Below, one piece after another: positions 17,234 to 27,949 of a stretch of DNA of 64,000 nucleotides; position 1 is the first letter of the stretch, and each line of letters starts with the position of its first letter. Source of the DNA: Polyangiaceae bacterium (GTDB taxonomy: Bacteria; Myxococcota_A; Polyangia; Polyangiales; Polyangiaceae). Where the stretch lies: contig JBILLK010000002.1 in assembly GCA_044376115.1 (NCBI GenBank), forward strand, positions 128,001 through 192,000, written 5' to 3'. The notes beneath the pieces were generated by a model, which was given only the letters and a program-made list of their open reading frames with translations, was not told where the DNA came from and did no database searches. The position numbers were made by a program, and so were the translations under genes.

Positions 17234-18535
17234 ATGAAGATCACCTGCCACTCCTGCAGCGCGAAATACACGGTTTCTGATGACAAGGTGCAGGGCAAGA
17301 CCGTCAAGATGAAGTGCCGCAAGTGCGGTGCAACCATCGTGGTGGGTGCCTCGAGCGCTGCAGACGCGGGAGCTAGCGCTGCAGACGCGGGAGCTGAGGC
17401 CGGCGGCCAAGAGCACGCTGCCGGGCTCGATCAAGCGATGGAAGGTGGGGAAGGGCCGCCGGCGGGTAGCTTCCTCGTAAGCGTCGGGGACGCAGACCAG
17501 CGCACGATGACGTTGGCCGAGGTCGTTGAGGCGTACAACTCGGGGGTCATCACCGCGGAAACCTACGTCTGGGCGGAGGGCATGAGCGATTGGCAGGCTC
17601 TCTCCGACAACCAGGAGATCGTCGCGGCCCTCAATGAGGCTGCAAGTTCGTCGAGCGCCGCGATGTCGAGCGGTGGCTTCGGCGCGGCAGCCAGCTTCAG
17701 CACGCCGGCTCCCTCGGCTCCGGCACCCGCCGCACGCAAAGAAACAGCTCGCCGTTCGCAGGACTTGTTCGCACCGCCACCGGATTCTTACTCCGGCGGT
17801 ATGAGCGGCGGCAGTCTTTCGGCCGCGCCCGTCGGCAAGCGTGACGAGAACTCGGTGCTCTTTTCGCTCAACGCGCTAACGGCTTCTTCGGCGCCTTCGG
17901 TCGCAAAGACCACGGCGACGAAGGAGGACTCCGGCCTGATCGACCTGAAGGCACTGGCTGCCGCTGCGCCGGCGGCGCCTTCGGAGTCTGTGGTCGATGC
18001 GGTTGGGCTTTTCCCCTTGGGTGCGCCTGTGATCGCACCGGCGCCCCAGCCGCAAACCAACTACGCTGCACCCGTTCCGGTCGCCGAGAAGAAGCGTAGT
18101 CCGGTGCCGATCGTCGTCGGCGGCGTGGTCGCGGTCGCTGCCATCGTCGGTGTTTTCATGCTTGTGCGCGGTGGGGACAAACCGGCAGAGCCGAGCGCAA
18201 AGCCAGCCGCCGCCGAGACAGCAGCGCCCACCGCGACGGCCACCCCGACCATCACCGCAGCCCCATCCACCACGCCGACTGGCACGCCCTCGGCGGTCGC
18301 TTCGAGCGACAGCTCAGCCACCGCCTCCGCGCAGCCTGTGGCCGCTGGCGGTAAACCCCGGCCGACGAGCGGGGGCGCCAAGCCAACCGCTGGCACGACG
18401 GCAAAGCCGACGACGACCTCTGCCGGCGGTACGCCCGCCACGACAGCAAAGCCGGCGGCTGGCAAGGGTACCTGCGGCTGCCCGCCCGGCAACCTCGACT
18501 GCATGTTGAAGTGCTCGGTCGGCAAGAAGAAGTAG
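17234..18535 (+). CDS. Zinc-ribbon (MJ0042-type) + GYF_2 domain membrane protein (AgmX/GltJ-like architecture)
   Basis: KITCHSCSAKY...KCRKCG; TYVWAEGMSDWQ; RDENSVLFSL..L; TM; Pro/Thr-rich tail ending CGC...C..C. Confidence 0.85.
   Translation: MKITCHSCSAKYTVSDDKVQGKTVKMKCRKCGATIVVGASSAADAGASAADAGAEAGGQEHAAGLDQAMEGGEGPPAGSFLVSVGDADQRTMTLAEVVEAYNSGVITAETYVWAEGMSDWQALSDNQEIVAALNEAASSSSAAMSSGGFGAAASFSTPAPSAPAPAARKETARRSQDLFAPPPDSYSGGMSGGSLSAAPVGKRDENSVLFSLNALTASSAPSVAKTTATKEDSGLIDLKALAAAAPAAPSESVVDAVGLFPLGAPVIAPAPQPQTNYAAPVPVAEKKRSPVPIVVGGVVAVAAIVGVFMLVRGGDKPAEPSAKPAAAETAAPTATATPTITAAPSTTPTGTPSAVASSDSSATASAQPVAAGGKPRPTSGGAKPTAGTTAKPTTTSAGGTPATTAKPAAGKGTCGCPPGNLDCMLKCSVGKKK
17354..17395 (+). repeat. 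Perfect 21-nt tandem duplication (SAADAGA x2) inside the CDS
   Basis: AGCGCTGCAGACGCGGGAGCT repeated twice. Confidence 0.9.
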
Positions 18536-19053
18536 CGCTGAGCTTCGTGTTGGTGCTCTCCGGCTGTGCGGCAGTCGGAGAGGCCTCGGTTGGCGACGCG
18601 CGCGTCGCGCCGCCCGAAGTGGTCGAGCTCGGTCCAACCGAACGTGCGGTCCAGCTAACCGAGGCCGCAAGCAGCGCCCGCCCGTCGGCGCGACCGTCAC
18701 CGCCGCTTCATTTCGAGCATGATTGGCGCACGGTCATGAGCGCCAAGCCAAGCAAGCCGCGCCTCGCGTGGGTGCGCGCTGAGTGGTCGGTCGCCTCGCT
18801 CGAGTTCGAGCGTTCGGGTGCCTTTTCGCACCCCGAGGCGATCGCGCTGAGCGCTTCGTTCGAGCGCGTCTGGGTCGACGTGACGGAACCGACTCCCGAG
18901 CTGGACACGCTGCTGCAGTCGCTCGAGGTCTCGTCGGTACCTTCGTTGGTCTTGCTGGGCTGCGTACAGCCGCCGCAGCGCAGAGTGTTCGCTGCACTGA
19001 CGCCCGAGCGTTTGACGTCGGCCTTGGCCGAGTGCCTTGACGATTCGAGCTGA
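18511..19053 (+). CDS. Thioredoxin-fold lipoprotein with CxxC replaced by SxxS
   Basis: LSGC lipobox; RAEWSVASLEFE aligns by eye to ADWCVACKEFE; VDVT and VSSVPSLV (cis-Pro loop). Start uncertain. Confidence 0.6.
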   Translation: MLGRQEEVALSFVLVLSGCAAVGEASVGDARVAPPEVVELGPTERAVQLTEAASSARPSARPSPPLHFEHDWRTVMSAKPSKPRLAWVRAEWSVASLEFERSGAFSHPEAIALSASFERVWVDVTEPTPELDTLLQSLEVSSVPSLVLLGCVQPPQRRVFAALTPERLTSALAECLDDSS

Positions 19054-19113
19054 GTCGCGGCGCGTCCTACTACAAGGCTGGTTTCTCTGCGCTGGAAGAG
19101 GCATCCTTCCGCC

Positions 19114-20214
19114 ATGAACGAGACTCCCGAGCTGCCGACGCTAGACCTTGCCGATGTTTCAAGCACAGACCCTGCACGGCAAGAACGAGCGAGTCGCGCC
19201 ATCCTCGAGGGCTTCGGACGCTACGGGTTGCTCTACGTCAAGGGCCACGACGTTCCCGCAGCAGCGCCGCTCTACGATCAGTTCGCCGCGTTTTGCGCAC
19301 GCCCAGCCGAGGCCAAACAACCGTTCAATCGCGCGGATATCTGGTACCAGCGTGGTTGGACGCCGCCCAACACCGAACGCGCGGTGATCGCCGGAGGTCA
19401 GCCGGATTTCAAAGAATGTTGGTTCGCTGCGCCGATCGAGTTGGACCCTGAGTGCAGCGATGAGTTCCCCGAGGTGTGCAGTGCCAACGTGTGGCCGGAG
19501 GACGCTCCCGAGTTCCGCGAGTGGACGCTGCGGGTGGGGCGTGAGTTGCACCTTGCAGGCATGGCTTTGCTTCGTCAGGCCGCGCGCGCTTTGGGCCTCG
19601 AGGCGGAGACGTTCGCGACCTTGTGCGAGGGCGCTCCCCACGTGTTTCGGCTGCTCAAATACCTGCCGCTCGAGCGGGCGCAGATCGAGGGTGGCGTGCT
19701 TTGGGGTGAGGAGCACACCGACTTCAATCTGTTGACGCTCCTCCCCGGCGGGCAGTTCTTCGATCCAGACGGTCGCCGCGAGCCAGCACCCGATTCGCAA
19801 AGCGGTCTCTATCTTCGAACCCGGCCCTCGCCTGAGTTCCCCAAGGGCCAGCGCATTCGGCCCAACCCGCCTGCGGGTTGCTTGGTTGCGCAGGTCGGCC
19901 AAGAACTCGAGATCCTCACCGGAGGCAAACTAACGGCCACTCCGCATGAAGTGACCGCCCCCAAAACGCCGGGCTGGTCGCGCTTCTCGGCGGCCCACTT
20001 CATTCATCTGCACCCGCGCGCGGTGCTTTCGCCTTTGCGTCCGTTCCGCTCGAAGGAGGCGCTGCGAGCTTACAGCCCGCCCACGTTAGCCGGCACCTAC
20101 GCGCAAAAGACGCTCGTCGACATTGGGCTTGCGCCAAGCAACGCACTCGACGCTCTTGGTTATCGACACTACGACCGGCTGGTCGAGCAACGTGCTGAAG
20201 GGCCTTCGAGTTGA
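19114..20214 (+). CDS. 2OG-Fe(II) oxygenase, isopenicillin N synthase-like superfamily
   Basis: EHTDFNLLTLL (HxD), ATPHEV (His), RFS, QRGWTP. Confidence 0.9.
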   Translation: MNETPELPTLDLADVSSTDPARQERASRAILEGFGRYGLLYVKGHDVPAAAPLYDQFAAFCARPAEAKQPFNRADIWYQRGWTPPNTERAVIAGGQPDFKECWFAAPIELDPECSDEFPEVCSANVWPEDAPEFREWTLRVGRELHLAGMALLRQAARALGLEAETFATLCEGAPHVFRLLKYLPLERAQIEGGVLWGEEHTDFNLLTLLPGGQFFDPDGRREPAPDSQSGLYLRTRPSPEFPKGQRIRPNPPAGCLVAQVGQELEILTGGKLTATPHEVTAPKTPGWSRFSAAHFIHLHPRAVLSPLRPFRSKEALRAYSPPTLAGTYAQKTLVDIGLAPSNALDALGYRHYDRLVEQRAEGPSS

Positions 20215-23200
20215 GAGGAGCGCGCCTCAGCGCCTTGATCACGTTGGGCGTCGTGGCCTGCGGCGGCGCTGCACCAGAGCCTGGCAAGCCTGCGCGCCCG
20301 GCCGCGAGCGCCTCTGCCTCTGCAGGCAGCCCAGAGGTCGCCTTCGGTGCGCCGCGCGTCGTTCCAAAGCTGCGCGTCCTACCCGACGTCGACGTAGTCA
20401 ACCTCAGCGCGCTTGGCTCGAATTCCACGCCGACTTCACAAGCTGCGATCGTCGGCAGGATGCGTGTCGAGCTCCAGCCCGGCGGCCGGGTTGCGCGCGC
20501 CGATGAGGTGTTTCCGGTCGGCCGCGTGTTCGCCGAGCGGGTGCCTCCGCGGTTGGGCGGCGGTTTCATTTTCCTGGTGATCTCCGCCGTTGGGAGCCAG
20601 CTCTTTCGCTCGGAGACGTGGCTCGGACGGCTTTCGCCGCTCACCACCATCGGGCAGGCGCCGGATCAAGAACGGCCGTTGGTGATGGGCTTCGATCGGC
20701 TGTTCATCCGTTTGCGGTCGGGTGGGGAGCTGTTTCCCATCGACTTGGCGACGGGTGCGGCGAAGAACTACGGCCCCTTGCCGCCCGCTGCTGGTTACGG
20801 CGAAATGGCGTTCGTCGACGCCTATCGCGCGGTGGTGGATACCGACATTACGGGTCCGTACGCCACCTTCGATGCGGGCACCACGTGGGCGCGCCTTCCG
20901 GTGACGCAGCGCATCCGCCTGATCACCGCCGAGCACCGCGACCCGGAGAATCCCGGGGACATTCTGCTGATGACCGATGGCGGTGCGCAGCGGCTCACCG
21001 CCGCCGGCGCCCTTGAGCGACTCGCGCCGGAACTCCAGCTGGTGCGCGGGCAAGCCGGAATGACGCTCAGGCCGGCGGACAGCTCGCTGAGCAAGCCCGC
21101 GGATGAACGCCCAGGCCCGCTCGGAAAAAGGCCGTTGCGAGCGGCCTTGGTGCGCGGCTACCCCGATAGTGAAACCACCGCCGTGGTGGTGCAAGACCGC
21201 AACGTATGCCGCGTCTCTCTTGAAGACGGCGCTCTCTTGCGTTGTCGCGAGTCGGAGCTGGTCGAGGCAGAAGCCGCGTGCCATGGCATTGCGCTTGGTG
21301 ATCCCGATCAAGTCGGCGTCGGCTTCGTGTGCAGCACAGCCAGCAGCGGTAGCGTCATTTTCTCTCTGCAGAAGGACCTCACGCTCCGCTCGGAGATGCG
21401 ATTTCAGCGTGCGCGGACCGTGGTTGAGAGCGGCCAAGGGGCGCTCGTCGTGCACGGCTCCTGCGGCGACGAGCCGCCCGATCAAGACACCCGGCCCTTC
21501 TGTGTTCGCTTCGTTGACGGCTCGGTGCGCGAGATCCGTTTGCGCGGAAACATCGGCGGGGAGCGCGTCGTGGCGCTGCTCAACAAGACGGTGGCGATCG
21601 TGGTTCCGCCGCGCCCAGGCTCGCAGGGACAACTAACGATCTTGTCGGGCAGCGCGCCCAAACACTTGGCGCTGGCCATTCCGGAGAGCGCTCCGCGCGA
21701 GCTCGATACCGGTATGTGGCTCGAGGGCTTTCATCAGACTGGCCCGAACGAGCTCGCCGGTTGGGTCGAAGGCGGTGGGCCAACCTTCGGCGTGCGGATC
21801 CAGCTCGACGGCCAGGTCACGGTGGAGCCCGCCGTCGATGATCGCGACGGCGTTTTGGTGAGCGGCCGATTTGGTCTCAAGCTCGGTGGCGGTGGCGCTT
21901 TTGCCGAGACGACCGATACCGGCCGCACCTGGACGGATATCGTGGTGCCGGACATGCCTCGCAGCGACCAGCCTCCCGCAGAGGTGCGCTGCAGCGCCGT
22001 CGGCTGCTTGTTGCCTGGAGCTTTCAAAGTAGGTTGGGGGGCCACCGCCCGTGAAGCCGATCTCGAAGCGCCCAGCGCACCCAAGGCCAGCGGCCTTTCG
22101 GCGATGGTATTGACCTCCACGCCTGCTCCGATCGCGTGCAGCCTGCTCGAGAGCCCCAAGCCTGAAAAGCGCAACGAAGCGAAGATCCTGGGCATGACCC
22201 ACGGTGGCTGGTCCGGTCTCGGTAATGAGCCTGCTCCGCCGCTCGACAAGGGTGAGGTCGGGATCGACGTTGGAGCCAACTTCGACGCCGTTCCAGTGCG
22301 GCTCTACGCCTGGGGCCAAAAGGACACCGATTGGTCGCGCACCGGGCGGATGCAGTTGCGCTTCGGCGATCGCTTCTCCCAGGCCGAAGTTCGCTCGAGT
22401 TCGGTTACGGCCTCGCCGTGGAGCAGTGAGGGGGACGCGCTCTCGGCGCTGGGCCAGGTCGGCGGCGGGATGAGTTGGCAGGCTTCGCTCGACGGCAACG
22501 CTGCGCTCACCTCGGGTTGTCGAGGCGATCGGCAGTGCCTCCTTTTTGCAACGGAAGCAGGCCAACCTGTCGTTGGTCTGCGCATGACTGACGATACTCC
22601 GCTGATGCGGCCCCAAGGCGGCGCTGTACGAGTGGGTGCAACCTGGTTCTTCTTAGGGGATTCACGCGGGGATGAATTCAGCCTCTTTCGCGCTGATCTC
22701 GGCACGGTGAGGCTCGTGTCGAGCTTCAAGCGCGCGCTGCTTTCGCGGGTGGCGAGCCCGCCTCGTTTGGTGCGTAAAGCACGCGGCTCCGGGCTCGGCT
22801 TTTTGTTCGTGCAAAAGCAGGGGCCCAATGATCGGCGCGGCATGCGCTACGTCCTGCCGATCGACCCCGAGTCGGGGGAGCTCGGTGAAGTGGAGCAGCT
22901 CGGCCGTGCGGACTTCGGCGGCGTCGAGTTTGAGCCATGCGGAGATCGCGAGGGCTGGTTGGTCGAGGCGCAGGTGGATTCGCAGACCGTCGCCGTGGAC
23001 GGGGTCCAGGCCGATTCACGGGCGGTCGAGCTACGTATGCGGCTGCGGCACGGAAAAGCCTGCGTCGAGGCCGGTGTCGTACGCAGCCTCGGGGATGAGG
23101 GCCCAGCGAAGCCGCGCGCCAAGAACGAACCGGCGGTGAAGTCTGGTTTTCCGCTGATTTTGAACGGACCAAACGGCGTCAAGTCGATGGTCTGCCACTC

Positions 23201-23231
23201 CGCCAGCGCGGGCCGGCTACGCGCTTTTTGA
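20211..23231 (+). CDS. Large lipoprotein of unknown function
   Basis: 1006-aa ORF, VVAC lipobox, BNR-like TFDAGTTW and TTDTGRTW motifs. Confidence 0.75.
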   Translation: MRGARLSALITLGVVACGGAAPEPGKPARPAASASASAGSPEVAFGAPRVVPKLRVLPDVDVVNLSALGSNSTPTSQAAIVGRMRVELQPGGRVARADEVFPVGRVFAERVPPRLGGGFIFLVISAVGSQLFRSETWLGRLSPLTTIGQAPDQERPLVMGFDRLFIRLRSGGELFPIDLATGAAKNYGPLPPAAGYGEMAFVDAYRAVVDTDITGPYATFDAGTTWARLPVTQRIRLITAEHRDPENPGDILLMTDGGAQRLTAAGALERLAPELQLVRGQAGMTLRPADSSLSKPADERPGPLGKRPLRAALVRGYPDSETTAVVVQDRNVCRVSLEDGALLRCRESELVEAEAACHGIALGDPDQVGVGFVCSTASSGSVIFSLQKDLTLRSEMRFQRARTVVESGQGALVVHGSCGDEPPDQDTRPFCVRFVDGSVREIRLRGNIGGERVVALLNKTVAIVVPPRPGSQGQLTILSGSAPKHLALAIPESAPRELDTGMWLEGFHQTGPNELAGWVEGGGPTFGVRIQLDGQVTVEPAVDDRDGVLVSGRFGLKLGGGGAFAETTDTGRTWTDIVVPDMPRSDQPPAEVRCSAVGCLLPGAFKVGWGATAREADLEAPSAPKASGLSAMVLTSTPAPIACSLLESPKPEKRNEAKILGMTHGGWSGLGNEPAPPLDKGEVGIDVGANFDAVPVRLYAWGQKDTDWSRTGRMQLRFGDRFSQAEVRSSSVTASPWSSEGDALSALGQVGGGMSWQASLDGNAALTSGCRGDRQCLLFATEAGQPVVGLRMTDDTPLMRPQGGAVRVGATWFFLGDSRGDEFSLFRADLGTVRLVSSFKRALLSRVASPPRLVRKARGSGLGFLFVQKQGPNDRRGMRYVLPIDPESGELGEVEQLGRADFGGVEFEPCGDREGWLVEAQVDSQTVAVDGVQADSRAVELRMRLRHGKACVEAGVVRSLGDEGPAKPRAKNEPAVKSGFPLILNGPNGVKSMVCHSASAGRLRAF

Positions 23232-23262
23232 CGTTCAGAAAGCGCGGACCTATCCTGCCCCA

Positions 23263-24615
23263 ATGCGTTTCCCGCTTGGCTTGAGTTCTGCTGTCGCGAG
23301 CACCTTGCTCACCCTTTTCGCTGCTTGCGGCGATGACTCCTCGAGTTCGGGCGGAAGTGGCGGCTCGGGCGGTGGGGCTGGCGGCGGAGAGGGGCTGTCG
23401 AACCCTGGCCGGGTTTGTATCGACAGCGAGGCCCTTACTGTGGTGCCGCCGGCGGGACTGCAAGTGCGCTTCCGCGTGCTGGATGATTCGGGCTCAGCAG
23501 TTCGCGAGCTGAACCAGGAAGGGGACGTCGTCATTCTCAACGATGAGAAGGGCGAGCCGTTTGGTACTGGGAACGAAGGTGATGCGGTGTCAGCGCTCGG
23601 CCCGCCCGCCGACCTCGAACTGAACTCGATCCTCGTGCTCGATATGTCCGACTCGATCGTCAACGCGGGGCTGCAAGATCGCGTGATTGACGGCGCTCGC
23701 GCTTACATCGAGGAGGTGATCGAGAACGGCAATCCCGACTACCCGCACCGTGTGGCGCTGGTCATCTTTGGCCGCCCTGAGGCGATCGAGCTGATCCAAG
23801 ACTTCACCACGTCGATCGACGAACTCTACGGTGCGCTGGAGCAGCTACGCGGCACGCCGTCGCTCGGCACCACCGATCTCTATCAAGCCTATTTGAGCTC
23901 ACTGCAGTACCTCGACAACCAAGGCGTCGAAGGGCAGGTGAGTGAGAAGTTGATGGTGCTCATCAGTGACGGTGCACACGAAGCGGGCGCTACCGCCTTC
24001 TTGCGTGAGAAAGCCTTGCTCGCCAAACACGGCTCGCTTGCGACCAAGCTGACCATCGGCATCCGCGGCAACTACGATGCCTGCGCGCTTGAGGAGCTCG
24101 CAGGCAGCCCCGAAGGCGCTTGCAACAATCCGCTCAAAGGTTGTCGTGAGGGGCTTACGTGCAGCAACGACACCGATCCGCCGGCGAGCTGCACCCAGTT
24201 CCAATCGGACGTGGATCCGGACGATCTCGAAGCGGCGTTTGCCGCCTTTGCAAAGCGCGCAGAAGGAATTGCGCGGTCCAACTACGTGGTCGGCGTCTGT
24301 ACTCCCGTCGCCCTCGGCACCAGCTCCGTAACCATTCGCGTGAACGTCGACGGCGCCGTCGATTCGGCCACGCTGCCGTACAGCACCTTTGACAGTGAGG
24401 GCAACCCGCTGCTTACCGGCGCTGTCAACGAATGCGACGTCGACGAGGTCAAGAACTTCGTCGCTCCGCCGGACACCGGTGGCATGGGCGGTGCCGGCGG
24501 CATGGGCGGTGCCGGTGGCGCAGGCGGCATGGGCGGCGCTCCCGCTGGCGGTGCCGGTGGCGCAGGCGGCATGGGCGGCGGCGCTCCCGCCGGCGGCGCG
24601 GGCGGCGGACTGTAG
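23263..24615 (+). CDS. VWA-domain lipoprotein with Gly-rich tails
   Basis: FAAC lipobox; LVLDMSDSI (MIDAS DxSxS), GTTDLY, LISDG; C-terminal GGMGGAGG repeats. Confidence 0.85.
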   Translation: MRFPLGLSSAVASTLLTLFAACGDDSSSSGGSGGSGGGAGGGEGLSNPGRVCIDSEALTVVPPAGLQVRFRVLDDSGSAVRELNQEGDVVILNDEKGEPFGTGNEGDAVSALGPPADLELNSILVLDMSDSIVNAGLQDRVIDGARAYIEEVIENGNPDYPHRVALVIFGRPEAIELIQDFTTSIDELYGALEQLRGTPSLGTTDLYQAYLSSLQYLDNQGVEGQVSEKLMVLISDGAHEAGATAFLREKALLAKHGSLATKLTIGIRGNYDACALEELAGSPEGACNNPLKGCREGLTCSNDTDPPASCTQFQSDVDPDDLEAAFAAFAKRAEGIARSNYVVGVCTPVALGTSSVTIRVNVDGAVDSATLPYSTFDSEGNPLLTGAVNECDVDEVKNFVAPPDTGGMGGAGGMGGAGGAGGMGGAPAGGAGGAGGMGGGAPAGGAGGGL

Positions 24616-24657
24616 TCCAACAACGTGCGTGGCGACGGCTCTTGGGCCGTCGCCGGC

Positions 24658-25632
24658 TTAGCTGCGGCGCTCTTGCGAGAGCAGCCACAACACGGCCATC
24701 CGCACCGCGACGCCTGCTTCCACCTGATCCAAGATGACGCTTTGCGCGCCGTCGGCAACATCCGGCGCAATCTCCACCCCGCGGTTCATCGGCCCAGGGT
24801 GCATCACGATGGCGTCGGGCTTTGCGAGCTTGAGGCGTGTGGCGTTGAGGCCGAAGGTGCGGCTGAACTCACGCAGCGTCGGCAAGAAAGTGCCGGAGAG
24901 ACGCTCGCGCTGAATGCGCAACATCATCACGACGTCGGCGCCTTCGAGCGCAGGCTCGATGCGCTTGTGCATCGTTACGCCGAGCGTCTCCACCTCGGGC
25001 GGTAGCAACGTCAACGGCGCTGCAACGTGCACGTCGGCGCCGAGCGTCTTGAGCAAGATCGCGTTGGAGCGGGCAACGCGGCTGTGCAGGATGTCGCCGC
25101 AGATGGCGACGCGCAGGCCCGCGAAGCCCTGCTTGTGCTTGCGGATCGTGAAGGCGTCGAGCAAGGCCTGCGTTGGGTGCTGATGCGTGCCGTCTCCGCC
25201 GTTGACCACGGTGACGCCGCTGCGCTCAGCGATATACGCCGCTGCGCCCGAGGCAGCATGCCGGATCACCACCACGTCGGGCCGCATTGCCTCGAGCGTC
25301 CGAATCGTGTCGAGCAGCGTCTCGCCTTTGGTCGAGCTCGACGAGGAGCCGGACAGGTTGACGACGTCCATACTCAGCCGCTTGCCCGCGAGTTCAAAGC
25401 TCGTACGCGTGCGCGTGGAGGCCTCAAAGAAGACGTTGAGCAGCGTCTTGCCGCGCAGCGCGGGGACTTTGCGCACGGCTCTGCGTGAGACGTCGAAGAA
25501 GGACTCGGCGATATCGAGCACGCGCAAGGCTGCGTCGCCGCTCAAGCCGCGAGTGGTAAGCAGCGAACCGAGGTTGAGGGCCTGCCGCTCCGAGGCCGGC
25601 CCCGGCTCGAGAAATGCCTCACCTTCACTCAT
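24658..25632 (-). CDS. pyrB: Aspartate carbamoyltransferase catalytic subunit
   Basis: [48 protein letters not shown]. Confidence 0.97.
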   Translation of the reverse strand: MSEGEAFLEPGPASERQALNLGSLLTTRGLSGDAALRVLDIAESFFDVSRRAVRKVPALRGKTLLNVFFEASTRTRTSFELAGKRLSMDVVNLSGSSSSSTKGETLLDTIRTLEAMRPDVVVIRHAASGAAAYIAERSGVTVVNGGDGTHQHPTQALLDAFTIRKHKQGFAGLRVAICGDILHSRVARSNAILLKTLGADVHVAAPLTLLPPEVETLGVTMHKRIEPALEGADVVMMLRIQRERLSGTFLPTLREFSRTFGLNATRLKLAKPDAIVMHPGPMNRGVEIAPDVADGAQSVILDQVEAGVAVRMAVLWLLSQERRS

Positions 25633-26180
25633 TGCGCACCGCCTTTCACTCGCAAAGCCCACGGCTCTTCATCATCTTCACCCGGGCCAATGCGTTTCAT
25701 CATCACCTCGACCCGCTGACCGCTTGGCACCTCGACTTTGAGGCCCACGTAGTCCGCCTGGATGGGCAACTCGCGGCCGCCGCGATCGATCAGTACACAC
25801 AACTCGATCACCCGTGGGCGGCCGTAGTCCAACACTGCATCGAGGGCCGCGCGAATCGTTCGCCCGGTGTGGAGCACGTCGTCCACCAGGATCAGGCGGC
25901 GGCCCTCGAGCGGCGTTGGGATGCGACTTGGTCCGATGCGCGGGTTGGGCAAGGCGGTGGCTGCGTCATCGCGGTACAGCGTGATGTCGACGACGCCCAG
26001 CGGTACGGGCGAACCAAGCTGCTTTTCAACCAGCTGCGCGAGCCGCTTCGCGAACGGCTCCCCACCGCGCCGAATCGCCACCAAGATGGGCGGAGCTTCA
26101 CTTTGCCGCTGGGCAATCTCGACGGCGAGCGTCTCGAGCACCGCATGCACCGCTTTGGGATCGAGCAGGACCTCGCTCAT
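25629..26180 (-). CDS. pyrR: Bifunctional pyr operon regulator / uracil phosphoribosyltransferase
   Basis: [39 protein letters not shown]; coupled to pyrB. Confidence 0.95.
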   Translation of the reverse strand: MSEVLLDPKAVHAVLETLAVEIAQRQSEAPPILVAIRRGGEPFAKRLAQLVEKQLGSPVPLGVVDITLYRDDAATALPNPRIGPSRIPTPLEGRRLILVDDVLHTGRTIRAALDAVLDYGRPRVIELCVLIDRGGRELPIQADYVGLKVEVPSGQRVEVMMKRIGPGEDDEEPWALRVKGGAQ

Positions 26181-26269
26181 GGCTGCGGTCTAGCTGCTGG
26201 AGCCAGCCGCGTAAATGAATGACTCGGAAACGCCTTTTGCAGACCGGCGGAGCCCCGTTCGACTTTCGC

Positions 26270-26905
26270 TCAGGCCGCTTGGTGGCGCTTTTGTTCGGCT
26301 AGGTAAAGGGGGAGCTCCACGGCGAGCGAACGCGCAACGCTTGGGCGCGCACAAAGCCTTAGGTGGTAGCTGCTGACGGCCGGCCAGTTCGAAAGCTGGA
26401 GCGGCGTTGCTTGCACCCAATTCAGCACCGTCACCAAGTAGGCGTCGGCGACCGAGAAGTCTTCGAGCAGGAACTGTCGGTTCTGCAGGTGAGCCTCGAG
26501 CAGGTCGAAGCGGGGTTTTGCCTTGGACAGGGCGTGGGCCTTGGCTCCTTCCGGCGCGCTGCGGTCAAAGAGCGGCGCGAATACGCACTTGTGCAGCTCG
26601 GTCCCAACGAAGCTCAACCACTGTTGCAGTTGCGTGCGGCCAATGAGGTCCGTGGGCGCCAGACGCTTTTCGGGGAATCGGTCAGCCAGGTACTGCAAGA
26701 TTGCGGCGTTCTCGGTCAGTAGCTCGCCGGCCTCGTTGCGCAGCACAGGCACCAGGGCCAGTTGTGAGATCGCTCCGAGTTCGCCTCCCTCGATCAAGCG
26801 GTGGGTGAAGGGATCAACCTCGTGGAACTCGGCTGCCTGGCCGAGCTCATGGAGCACGATGCGAGAGGCGAGTGAGCTGCTGAGCGGCGAAAAATATAGT
26901 TCCAT
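26270..26905 (-). CDS. Glutathione S-transferase (beta-class-like)
   Basis: MELYFSP, VP.L...LTENAAILQYLAD, QWLSF..TELHK, FSVADAYL; GAGGAG SD. Confidence 0.92.
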   Translation of the reverse strand: MELYFSPLSSSLASRIVLHELGQAAEFHEVDPFTHRLIEGGELGAISQLALVPVLRNEAGELLTENAAILQYLADRFPEKRLAPTDLIGRTQLQQWLSFVGTELHKCVFAPLFDRSAPEGAKAHALSKAKPRFDLLEAHLQNRQFLLEDFSVADAYLVTVLNWVQATPLQLSNWPAVSSYHLRLCARPSVARSLAVELPLYLAEQKRHQAA

Positions 26906-26995
26906 TACCTGTTCTCCTCGGCACATAGAGTTGGGCCGCGGACCAAGATGGAGCTAAGTAGCTATTGAATCCATCGCAACGTTTTCACCAGAACG

Positions 26996-27010
26996 ATGAA
27001 CAAGCTGCAT
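26996..27010. promoter_or_regulatory. Possible LTTR binding box (T-N11-A dyad)
   Basis: ATGAACAAGCTGCAT (ATG-N9-CAT) at the lysR start, about 90 nt from the GST start. Confidence 0.35.
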
Positions 27011-27949
27011 CAAACGCTAAACCTGGAGCTGCGTGATCTGCGCCTCGTGGCAAGCATCGCGCAAAGCGGTGGGCTAGGCGCCGCAGCACGGCGGCTACAC
27101 CTGACGCAGTCCGCGCTGAGCCATCATCTCAAGGCGCTGGAAGAGCGCATGGGCGCTAACTTCTTTGACCGCGTCGGGCGGGGGCTCGTGCTCAACGCTC
27201 GCGGCGCCCGCTTGGTGGAGCTCGCCGAGCGGCTCTGGCCCGAAGTGCTGGCTGTGGAGCGTGCGCTCTCCTTGCCTCAGACCCTGCCTTCGAAGTTGCG
27301 GCTCACCAGCGGTTGTTACACGGCCTACCCGTGGTTGCCCGAGGCGTTGCGCAGGCTTAGCGCGGCCGTCCCAGGGACTCGCGTCGAGGTGGTGGTAGAC
27401 GCGACGCGACGCGCGGCTGAGGCGTTGCTTTCGGGCGAGGTCGACCTCGCGCTGATGCCCTGGCTCACGCCCGACGCGCGGCTCTTGGCTAGGCCGGTGT
27501 TCGAGGAGGAAATCTCGGCGGTAATGCTACCAAATGATCCGCTGGCGAAGCGCGCGACCGTGCCGGTGAGCGCGCTCGCCACCCGTCGCGTGCTGGTGCA
27601 CGAGGTGCCCCCGGATGAACTAGTCTGGACGCGCAAGGTGCTTGGGCGCTCCTTCTCGGCGTTACGTCACGCGGAACGGGTTCCTTTGACGGAGGCGATG
27701 GTGGCGCTCACCAAGCTGGGGCAGGGCGTCTCGCTGCTAGGCCCATGGGCGATCCGCGCGGAGATCGAGCGCGGGGAGCTTGTGTCTCGTCCGTTGCGAC
27801 CACGTCTGCGCCGTCCGTTTGCTTTGGTCAGCGTGCGAGCCGCTCCTGCCGATCCACGGGCGGAGGTCCTGGTCGAGGTGCTCAAGGAGTGGGGCTCGAG
27901 CGAGCGCACTCCCGCAAAAAGGCCACCGCCTCGCGCGCGTCGTCGGTGA
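26996..27949 (+). CDS. LysR-family transcriptional regulator, divergent from GST
   Basis: AAARRLHLTQSALSHHLKALEE HTH; GEVDLAL substrate-binding domain. Confidence 0.93.
   Translation: MNKLHQTLNLELRDLRLVASIAQSGGLGAAARRLHLTQSALSHHLKALEERMGANFFDRVGRGLVLNARGARLVELAERLWPEVLAVERALSLPQTLPSKLRLTSGCYTAYPWLPEALRRLSAAVPGTRVEVVVDATRRAAEALLSGEVDLALMPWLTPDARLLARPVFEEEISAVMLPNDPLAKRATVPVSALATRRVLVHEVPPDELVWTRKVLGRSFSALRHAERVPLTEAMVALTKLGQGVSLLGPWAIRAEIERGELVSRPLRPRLRRPFALVSVRAAPADPRAEVLVEVLKEWGSSERTPAKRPPPRARRR

Noticed and set aside
24478..24610. GGMGGAGG nucleotide repeats as a CRISPR or RiPP core
   Set aside because: In-frame low-complexity tail of the VWA protein; no spacers and no YG motif.
26181..26269. 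PyrR attenuator upstream of pyrR
   Set aside because: No recognisable PyrR binding-loop consensus or terminator U-tract on the minus strand.
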